Assembly (NCBI RefSeq): GCF_000341895.1
Contig: NC_020409.1
Location: 3,302,411 to 3,334,410 of the forward strand
Origin: Pseudodesulfovibrio piezophilus C1TLV30
GTDB taxonomy: Bacteria > Desulfobacterota > Desulfovibrionia > Desulfovibrionales > Desulfovibrionaceae
Direction: 5' to 3'
Length of the DNA: 32,000 nucleotides
The notes under the pieces are model-generated. The model saw only the letters and a list, made by a program, of their open reading frames with translations. It was not told where the DNA came from and did no database searches. The translations under genes and the position numbers were made by a program. Positions within the stretch are counted from its first letter, which is position 1, and each line of letters opens with the position of its first letter. Shown piece after piece: positions 25,329 through 32,000 of this stretch.

Positions 25329-27443
25329 TTACTTCTTGCTGATTTCTTCGAATGGTTGCACATCGGTATCCTGAGCGTATTCGGCTCCTGCCTCGGAGTC
25401 GTAGCAGGTCAGGCCGCAGCGGAGGCAACGGCTTCCTTCCTTTCTTGCTTCTTCGTAGGCAATGCCGCCCTGAACTTCTTCCTTGAAGGTGCACTTGCGT
25501 TCTTCCACGCTGATCTCGGGGACCTGAATGCGGGGGATGGAATACGTCACATGCATATTCTTGAGGATGGATTCGGGAATAACTCGAAGTTGCGGATTCT
25601 TTGGCTCAGGAATGGTTCCCTCGGTTATGGAGTGGTGGATGGCACGAGCCGCACGGCGACCATCGGCAACAGCCTGGATCAGGATGTTGCGTCCTGTATG
25701 GGCTTCGCCACCAGTGAACACATTGGGGATGCTGGTTTGCAGCGTCGTGGCATCAGCCTTGATTCCACCGGTTTTTTTATCCATCTCAAAGAGAGGGGAA
25801 CCTTCTGCATTCATCAATGAACCGGCACCGGACATGCGATCCGTCGCGACGATGATCATGTCGGCTTCAAGGTTTGCCTCGGTTCCATCGACGACTTTGG
25901 GGGTACCGGTGGCTTTTTTGGGATCGGCATACGCCAATTCGCAATAATCTATACCTGTAACCTTTCCATTTTCAGCCGTGATGGCTGTTGGAGTCGTGAG
26001 GTATTTGAGGTCTGCACCGAGTTCGGCAGCACGTTTGACTTCATTCTTGTTCGCAGCCATTTTCCGGTCATTGCAGGCAATGAGGGAAGAGACGTCAGCT
26101 CCGAGGCGAATGGCGCTCCGCACGACATCCATGGCCGTGTTGCTATCTCCGACCACAACGACTTTCTTTCCTTTGAGGTCGGTATATGTTTCACCAACCT
26201 GTTCCAGGAAAGAGATCGAATCGACCACACCGTCAGCGGTATCGTTTTCGATTCCCAGAGCCGGGACTTTCCAGGCTCCTGTCGCCATGAAAACGGCTTC
26301 GAATCCTTCCTCTTCCAAATCGGGAAGGGTGAAATCCGTGCCGAATGTCATGCCGGTACGAATGTCTACACCAAGGTCGAGAATAGTCTGGATTTCCCAG
26401 TCAACCACTTTGTGCGGGAGTCTGTATTCGGGAATGACGCCGCGCATCATGCCACCGACCAGGTCACGCTTTTCGAATATGACCGGTTCGTGCCCGATTC
26501 GTCGCAGGAAGTATGCGCAAGACAGACCAGCAGCACCACCACCTATGATCGCCACTCGGTGACCTGAAGGGGGATTGCAGTTGAGTTGGACTCGTGCGCC
26601 GGAGTTCATTTCCCAGTCAGCGACAAAACGGTGCAGGGTATGAATAGCCACGCCGTTGTCGGCTATCTTGCGGCGGCAAATGTTTTCACAAGGGGCAGGG
26701 CAGAGGCGGCCGACAGCCAGAGGCAGGGGATTGCGTTCCTTCATGGTCAGAAGTGCGCCGCGCATGTCGCCCTGTTTCATTTGTTGAATATAGGTACGAA
26801 CATCCACCTGGGCCGGGCATTTCTGCATGCAGGGGGCCAGGCAGTCATCAATCTTGTTCAGGTGTAGCAGATCCATGGTCATGCCTGAAATGCGGATGGC
26901 TCCGGTCGGGCAGACTTCCGCGCATTTTCCACAGGATCGGCAGGCGTGCCAGTCCACGACAGGGAGTCCGTTGTCATCAAGTCGGATAGCATCAAAACTG
27001 CACACCTTGACGCAGGTTCCCATGCCGATGCAGCCGAGACCACATGATTTCTCGCCACCATAGAGTAGAGCTTCAGCGCGGCAGTCCTCGACTCCTTCGT
27101 AGTCAAAGAGCAGATTGGCGCGGGATCCGCCAGTACAAATGTTTGCCGCGACTTTGGGTTCCTTGAAAGTAACTTCGGTTCCCATGATTGCCGCAATAGC
27201 GGTTGCGATCTCCGGGCCTCCGGCCACGCATATTTCAGGGGCTGCATCGCCTTTGACGATAGCTCCGGCAGCGGCAGAGCAGCCGGGATAGCCGCAGCCT
27301 CCGCAGTTGGCACCGGGAAAGCATCCCTCAACCGCTGCGATGCGGGGATCTTCTTCAACATGAAGGACTCGGGACGCGGCAGCCAGAACTGCGGCAGCGC
27401 CAAGACCTAGTAAAAACAGGACCAGTATGGAAGTGGTAGCCAT
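25329..27443 (-). CDS. rnfB: RnfB fused to a GltD-like (glutamate synthase small-subunit type) FAD/NAD(P)H oxidoreductase, 704 aa
   Basis: N-terminal TM, then the RnfB Fe-S domain GANCGGCGYPGC...C, then two ferredoxin motifs (CGLGCIGMGTCVKVC and CRSCGKCAEVCP). Next comes the GltD N-terminal Fe-S region CLAPCMQKCP...NPLPLAVGRLCPAPCENICRR, the dinucleotide folds VAIIGGGAAGLSCAYFL and KKVVVVGDSNTAMD, and a C-terminal CLRCGLTC. Confidence 0.85.
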   Translation of the reverse strand: MATTSILVLFLLGLGAAAVLAAASRVLHVEEDPRIAAVEGCFPGANCGGCGYPGCSAAAGAIVKGDAAPEICVAGGPEIATAIAAIMGTEVTFKEPKVAANICTGGSRANLLFDYEGVEDCRAEALLYGGEKSCGLGCIGMGTCVKVCSFDAIRLDDNGLPVVDWHACRSCGKCAEVCPTGAIRISGMTMDLLHLNKIDDCLAPCMQKCPAQVDVRTYIQQMKQGDMRGALLTMKERNPLPLAVGRLCPAPCENICRRKIADNGVAIHTLHRFVADWEMNSGARVQLNCNPPSGHRVAIIGGGAAGLSCAYFLRRIGHEPVIFEKRDLVGGMMRGVIPEYRLPHKVVDWEIQTILDLGVDIRTGMTFGTDFTLPDLEEEGFEAVFMATGAWKVPALGIENDTADGVVDSISFLEQVGETYTDLKGKKVVVVGDSNTAMDVVRSAIRLGADVSSLIACNDRKMAANKNEVKRAAELGADLKYLTTPTAITAENGKVTGIDYCELAYADPKKATGTPKVVDGTEANLEADMIIVATDRMSGAGSLMNAEGSPLFEMDKKTGGIKADATTLQTSIPNVFTGGEAHTGRNILIQAVADGRRAARAIHHSITEGTIPEPKNPQLRVIPESILKNMHVTYSIPRIQVPEISVEERKCTFKEEVQGGIAYEEARKEGSRCLRCGLTCYDSEAGAEYAQDTDVQPFEEISKK

Positions 27444-27470
27444 TGTTATATCATCCTTTGGCTTGTTCGT

Positions 27471-28046
27471 TTAGGCGGCCATGCCCTTGAAGGCGAAAAA
27501 GACCAATGACATGACACCAGCCATGATCAGGGCCACCGGAACGCCACGGAATACCGCCGGAACCGGCGAGATATCCAAACGTTCTCTTATGGACGAAATG
27601 ATGACCAGGGCAATGAGAAAACCGATGCCGGAAGCCAGGCTGAAAACCATGGACTTGAGGAAGGAGAACCCGTTGCGTTGGACCATGATCGCCACACCCA
27701 TCACCGCACAGTTGGTCGTGATCAACGGCAAGAACAAGCCCAGTGATTTGTAGAGGGGAGGTATCAGCTTGCGCAGAAACATCTCTACGAATTGCACCAG
27801 GGATGCGATGACCAGAATAAAGACAATGGTCTGGAGGTATTCGATGCCATTGGGGATCAGGACGAACTGATGCAGGGGCCAGGTAATGGCTGTGGCCATG
27901 AGCATAACGAAGATGACTGAGCCACCCATGCCAATCGCCACATCAGTGGATTTGGAGGTGCCCATGAAAGGACACGTTCCGAGATATTGTACCAGGACGA
28001 TATTATTGATGAATATCGCCGAGATAAAGAGCAGGAAGTATTCCAC
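27471..28046 (-). CDS. rnfA: Rnf complex subunit A
   Basis: (GTG)EYFLLFISAIFINNIVLVQYLGTCPFMG... with 6 TM helices. GTG start preceded by AAGGGAGAG. Confidence 0.9.
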   Translation of the reverse strand: MEYFLLFISAIFINNIVLVQYLGTCPFMGTSKSTDVAIGMGGSVIFVMLMATAITWPLHQFVLIPNGIEYLQTIVFILVIASLVQFVEMFLRKLIPPLYKSLGLFLPLITTNCAVMGVAIMVQRNGFSFLKSMVFSLASGIGFLIALVIISSIRERLDISPVPAVFRGVPVALIMAGVMSLVFFAFKGMAA

Positions 28047-28058
28047 GTTCTCTCTCCC

Positions 28059-28736
28059 TTATTTGTCGTTGCAAAGGTTGCAGGCACCGCACGAAGCGCA
28101 GGAGGAGTTTTGTGGTATGGTCACCTTTTCTCCTTTCTTGCGGCTCTGGTAGCGGTTGATGGCGTTCATGCCAGCCAGGATCATGCCGAGACAGATGAAG
28201 GCTCCGGGGGCCATGACCATGAACTGGGCTGGCTGGAAGGACTCCCACATGACGGGTATGCCGAATATGGTGCCGTTCCCGAAGATCTCACGAATGGCAC
28301 CCAGAAATGTCAGGGATGCCGCAAAGCCGATTCCCATGCCCAGTGCATCGGCAATGGACGGGATGACTCCGTTTCTGGAAGCGAACGCTTCGGCTCTGCC
28401 CAAAATCAGGCAGTTGACAACAATCAGCGGAACGAAGATTCCGAGTTTTTGGTAAAGTGGGTAAGTGTATGCCTGCATGAGCAGCTCAACCGCGACCACG
28501 AGTGAAGCGGTGATGACGATAAAGCAGGCAATGCGGACCTTGGCAGGAATAATCTTGCGCATGGCCGAAATGATGATGTTGGAAAGGGTGAGCACAAAAA
28601 TGACTGCCGCCCCCATGCCAAGACCGTTTTCTGCGGTGGAAGTCACTGCCAGTGTGGGACACAGGCCGAGCAGCACCCGAAACGGTGGCAGCTCAGCCCA
28701 GAGACCCTTGAGGAATTCCTTACTGATAGAACTCAT
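28059..28736 (-). CDS. rnfE: Rnf complex subunit E with a Cys-rich C-terminal tail
   Basis: MSSISKEFLKGLWAELPPFRVLLGLCPTLAVTS... ATG at 28736 preceded by TAAGGAGGAATACA. The tail is ...NSSCASCGACNLCNDK. Confidence 0.9.
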   Translation of the reverse strand: MSSISKEFLKGLWAELPPFRVLLGLCPTLAVTSTAENGLGMGAAVIFVLTLSNIIISAMRKIIPAKVRIACFIVITASLVVAVELLMQAYTYPLYQKLGIFVPLIVVNCLILGRAEAFASRNGVIPSIADALGMGIGFAASLTFLGAIREIFGNGTIFGIPVMWESFQPAQFMVMAPGAFICLGMILAGMNAINRYQSRKKGEKVTIPQNSSCASCGACNLCNDK

Positions 28737-28747
28737 TGTATTCCTCC

Positions 28748-29317
28748 TTAGGATGCCTGCCACATGGTGGCGATTTGCGGCTTGATGCCCTGATAGATTT
28801 CAATGGCCTTGCGAACAGCGTCCACGGTTCCGATGGATGAAAAGGTCGCGCCTGAGACACCGTCTATATCGCCGCCACGCTTTGCCAGATCCATGGATTC
28901 AATGCCGTGGTTTCTAAACTGTCGGGTGAATGACGGTTTGGTAACCTTGGTGCCGAGGCCTGGGGTTTCGGTTTGTGTGGTGATGCCGACGCCCATCAGC
29001 ACATCATTTTCAATATTGAATCCGACGATAACGCCAATGTCGCCAGAGTAACCGGGAGCAAAAGCTTCCAGGGCAATGCCGACGAGTTTGCCGTCTTGTT
29101 TGGCCGGGAAGACCATGACGTCATTAATCAATTTGCGTTCGGCGATAGGATCGTTATCACAGTCGTTCAGTACTGATCTCAGAGCCGGACCCTGCACGTA
29201 TGTCAGGACCTGCTGTTCGATCTGGCTGTGGGTGGCTTGTTTCAGATTCACCAGAATCGCGCCGGACGTGGCACAGATCAATGAAAGCACCACAAGCATA
29301 TGGAGTATTTCACGCAT
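28748..29317 (-). CDS. rnfG: Rnf complex subunit G (FMN_bind domain)
   Basis: N-terminal TM helix. The flavinylation motif DIDGVSGATFSS is present. Confidence 0.9.
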   Translation of the reverse strand: MREILHMLVVLSLICATSGAILVNLKQATHSQIEQQVLTYVQGPALRSVLNDCDNDPIAERKLINDVMVFPAKQDGKLVGIALEAFAPGYSGDIGVIVGFNIENDVLMGVGITTQTETPGLGTKVTKPSFTRQFRNHGIESMDLAKRGGDIDGVSGATFSSIGTVDAVRKAIEIYQGIKPQIATMWQAS

Positions 29318-29320
29318 GAT

Positions 29321-30292
29321 TTATTTGCCTCCGAAGAATTTGGGGCGCACACGCTCAAGGAGCGGGCTCAACAGATTTGCCACCATGATGGCAAATGGCA
29401 CGCCGTCCGGGTATGTCCCGTAGACTCGAATGACCACGACCATTGCTCCTGCGATGAGGCCGAAGAGGATCTGCGGTATCATGCCTACCGGGCTGGAAGC
29501 AGCGTCAGTGGCGAGGAAGAATGCACCGAAGACCGTGCTGCCTGCCAGGATGTGGAAGAGAGGGCTGGCATACATGGTGGGGTCTATGGACCAGAAGAGT
29601 GCTGCCGTTGCAGCCACGCCTATCAGATAGGCGACCGGGATGAATGCGCGAATCCAGCCTCGGGCGATCAGGAAAATGCCGCCGAGAGCCAGAGCCAGGA
29701 CCTGGGATGATCCCAGTCCTCCGAGTTGATGACCGAGAAGAAGGTCTCCCAGATCGAATTGCTGGAGTGAGTCAACGCCGAAGTACATCAGCTGGTCAAC
29801 AGGACTGTTCAACAGAAAGTGGGACAGGTTCAGGTCGATGTCCATTGCATTGGGCCAGGACAGACGGCAGAATGCCCATGCCACCAAGGGGGCGCAAACC
29901 GGGTTGCAGCCGAATCCGCCAAAGACCGTCCGACCAAGGATGATAGTGACTGCTGCTCCGATGGAGACCAGCCACCAGGGGGCTGTTGCGGGTAACAGGA
30001 AAGCAAACAGGACACCGGCATACAGTGCGTTGAAATTGTCGATGTCAAGATCGCGGTTTTGAAGGCGCAGGCAGAGAGCTTCTGTCAGGGTCGCGGCAGC
30101 TCCGGCCAATCCAATGACCGCTGCTGCATGCAGCCCGTATATATATATCGCCATGGCAGCGGCTGGAGCCAGGGCCAGCAGGTGCGCCTGCATCATGCCT
30201 TTGATGGTTCGTCCGCTCCGCCAATGAGGCGGCGGGGAGACCGTCAATCTTGTGGCAATGTCGGACATCGCCTTGATTATGGGAGGAGTCAT
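29321..30292 (-). CDS. rnfD: Rnf complex subunit D
   Basis: VSPPPHWRSGRTIKGMM... with polytopic NqrB/RnfD-like helices. ATG at 30292 preceded by AAGGA. The track start at 30316 is TTG. Confidence 0.85.
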   Translation of the reverse strand: MTPPIIKAMSDIATRLTVSPPPHWRSGRTIKGMMQAHLLALAPAAAMAIYIYGLHAAAVIGLAGAAATLTEALCLRLQNRDLDIDNFNALYAGVLFAFLLPATAPWWLVSIGAAVTIILGRTVFGGFGCNPVCAPLVAWAFCRLSWPNAMDIDLNLSHFLLNSPVDQLMYFGVDSLQQFDLGDLLLGHQLGGLGSSQVLALALGGIFLIARGWIRAFIPVAYLIGVAATAALFWSIDPTMYASPLFHILAGSTVFGAFFLATDAASSPVGMIPQILFGLIAGAMVVVIRVYGTYPDGVPFAIMVANLLSPLLERVRPKFFGGK

Positions 30293-30337
30293 TATCTCTA
30301 ATCCTTGTATTTTCAAAAAGGGTGTTTTCGGTCTGAA

Positions 30338-31483
30338 CTAAGCCTGTTCGCCGTGTCCGCTGGCCTGCAATTGAGCCTTGGCAAACCGGATATACTGCAA
30401 CAGCGGACGCCGGGAGAAGCAGTTGAATGAGCATAAACCGCACTCGAAGCAGCTATTGAGGCCATGCTTCTCGGCTTGTTCGAATCGTTCGTATTCGGCA
30501 TAGCGACTGATGAGATGCGGTTGGACGCGTGCCGGGCATTGCAGGACACATTCCCCGCAATTGATACAGGGAGCATCCTGAACAGCCGGGAATTGGCTTG
30601 CAGGAATGATGAAGAGGCCATAGTCGGTTTTTTTGACCCCTTCATCCAGACTGTAGACGGATTCGCCTTGGAAGGGACCACCCAGAACCACGATGTCAGT
30701 GGAAGCGACCGGCAGATCAAGAGTCTGAAGCAAGTGCTTGATGGGGGTGCCGAGAGGAACGCGGTAATTGCGACCGGCAATGGTCATGATGGTGTCCGTG
30801 ATCGGTTGTCCGGAGACTGCCACGCGGCCGAGGTCATACAGGTCCATGACGCTGATGACTTTGGTATCGGACGGGAATTCTTTACCAGTGACGGCGCGGA
30901 CCACCAGAGCATCCAGCGAAGACGGGTATTTGGCCTTTACTCCCACAGTCTCTGCGCCGGGAATGGCGGACTTGTCTCCCTTGGCAACAGCCAGAACGGT
31001 ACGGCCGGGGGTGATGAGTTTGCGGGCCAGCTCCAAGCCGGCCTTCAGATATTCGCCGCCGTCTTTCAATATTTGCTGGGCGGCTGAAATACCCGGCTCA
31101 GGATTCATACCGTTAATGATCAGTACGTCTGCCCGCCCGGAAAGGGGGGCTACGTGGACTCCCAGTCCCTGAAGTGTGCGCAGCAGTTCCTTGCCGGTTC
31201 CCATGGATTGCACGTCCAGAGGCTCCACGGAGGTTTCGCTGTCACTACATTTAATGGTCATATGATGGTAATTGACCTTCATGACCTTACCACAGGCAGA
31301 GGCGTGGTAGGCTCCACCAAAAGGGGACGGGGCTTCGGCGAGGATGTCGCCCTTGTTAATCAGGGCCCCTTTCTTTGTCCTCAGAACGAGGTTCCGCACC
31401 TGAATATTCAATTCTGCCGGAGCAGGGATTTCCAAAATTTCATTATGAAGTTCGGAATCGAGGGAATAGTGTATTTTAAGCAT
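30338..31483 (-). CDS. rnfC: Rnf complex subunit C (short form, with degenerate flavin/NADH motifs)
   Basis: C-terminal 2x[4Fe-4S] motifs CINCGECVLQCP and CFECGLCSFNC, plus KYPSS. The ATG at 31483 lies 2 nt after the cytochrome gene's stop. The expected GGAGFP motif is GVHVAPL, and AAECEPY is GMNPEPG. Confidence 0.85.
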   Translation of the reverse strand: MLKIHYSLDSELHNEILEIPAPAELNIQVRNLVLRTKKGALINKGDILAEAPSPFGGAYHASACGKVMKVNYHHMTIKCSDSETSVEPLDVQSMGTGKELLRTLQGLGVHVAPLSGRADVLIINGMNPEPGISAAQQILKDGGEYLKAGLELARKLITPGRTVLAVAKGDKSAIPGAETVGVKAKYPSSLDALVVRAVTGKEFPSDTKVISVMDLYDLGRVAVSGQPITDTIMTIAGRNYRVPLGTPIKHLLQTLDLPVASTDIVVLGGPFQGESVYSLDEGVKKTDYGLFIIPASQFPAVQDAPCINCGECVLQCPARVQPHLISRYAEYERFEQAEKHGLNSCFECGLCSFNCFSRRPLLQYIRFAKAQLQASGHGEQA

Positions 31484-31485
31484 GT

Positions 31486-31980
31486 CTACCTCGCGTGGCA
31501 CTGGTAACAGGAATCGTCGCCGTACGGGCCACCGTTTTCTTCGTGACAGCCCATACATTGTGTATGAAATGCTTCGGCTCGAAGAGGGATGTTCTCGATA
31601 TCCGGTCTCTCATCTTCGGCAAGCGGGGCGGTGGGAACATCGTCATGACAGCGCAGACATGCTTCATCACTGGGGAATGCTTTTTGATGATTGACCCGGA
31701 AGTCATCATTGAATTCCGCAGGGTGGCAGGTTCCGCACGCAAGAAAGGTGTCTGAACCGATATCATCGTGATGACAGTCGATACAGTCGAATCCGTAATC
31801 CTCGGCATGGGCCTGGTGTGAAAAAATGACACGTCCGCCTGTGTTGTCCATGACAATTCTCGCCGGGACATCCTGCTTTTCGACGGGGATCATATATCCC
31901 GCAATCGCGATGACGAAGAGTGCCGCAATGATTGCCGCAATGGTTAAATATCTTCTCTGCAACAGTTTTACCTCGTTCAT
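31486..31980 (-). CDS. Membrane-anchored multihaem cytochrome c (five CxxCH motifs), first gene of the rnf operon
   Basis: N-terminal anchor YLTIAAIIAALFVIAIAGYMI. Haem motifs CIDCH, CGTCH, CLRCH, CMGCH and CYQCH. A c3-like VIFSHQAHAEDYGFDCIDCHH segment is present. Confidence 0.85.
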   Translation of the reverse strand: MNEVKLLQRRYLTIAAIIAALFVIAIAGYMIPVEKQDVPARIVMDNTGGRVIFSHQAHAEDYGFDCIDCHHDDIGSDTFLACGTCHPAEFNDDFRVNHQKAFPSDEACLRCHDDVPTAPLAEDERPDIENIPLRAEAFHTQCMGCHEENGGPYGDDSCYQCHAR

Positions 31981-32000
31981 GAAGGTGTTAGGTCAGTGAA

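Noticed and set aside
25230-31755. Plus-strand ORFs across the rnf operon (for example 25230..25820, 25978..26562, 27987..28505, 29300..29710, 30464..31087, 31154..31507)
   Set aside because: They are antisense to seven consecutive, well-supported rnf/cytochrome genes.
1-32000. Scan for CRISPR arrays, IS/transposase ends, integrase genes, and tRNA/rRNA signatures (for example the GGTTCGAATCC T-loop)
   Set aside because: I noticed no regularly spaced direct repeats, no transposase- or integrase-like ORFs, and no T-loop or acceptor-like sequences. This was an eye scan only, so short or degenerate elements could have been missed.

Overview
This is a chromosomal window of about 50% GC. From gene content it looks like a Desulfovibrio-type sulfate reducer, which is an inference. 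I saw no rRNA, tRNA, CRISPR array, IS element or phage genes.

Gene order, left to right:
- A truncated Cache-HAMP-PAS transducer (-).
- An ArsR regulator plus a flavoprotein (-).
- A tight four-gene cluster of small Cys-rich and membrane proteins (-).
- A CpxP-like LTxxQ lipoprotein with an OmpR-type response regulator and a HAMP histidine kinase (+).
- An orphan 'GNCQ' protein (-).
- pstS-pstC-pstA without pstB (+).
- nadK and gltA (-).
- A Tat-exported poly-ferredoxin, a small 4-TM membrane protein and an AraC regulator (+).
- A CsaA-like tRNA-binding protein (+).
- A sigma-54 regulatory island.
- An rnf operon (-): cytochrome c, then rnfC, D, G, E, A, B.

Three things deserve a second look:
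1. The sigma-54 island (18.2-24.7 kb). A hybrid sensor kinase and an NtrC-type enhancer-binding protein are bracketed by two secreted proteins carrying PEP-CTERM/VPLPA-like C-terminal sorting signals. Each of those two genes has a -24/-12 promoter placed exactly 31 nt from its ATG.
2. A third -24/-12-like promoter in the same island. It appears to drive a ~175-nt non-coding transcript. One hairpin loop of that transcript displays the 16S rRNA anti-Shine-Dalgarno 11-mer, which is perfectly complementary to the RBS of one of the sorting-signal genes.
3. An unusual Rnf complex. RnfB is fused to a ~500-aa GltD-like FAD/NAD(P)H oxidoreductase, the canonical flavin/NADH motifs of RnfC are degenerate, and RnfE has a CX2CX2CX2C tail.

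A ~550-bp structured non-coding stretch (24.78-25.33 kb) with its own + strand terminator is also unexplained.

All functional calls come from reading the translated motifs by eye. No database search was possible.
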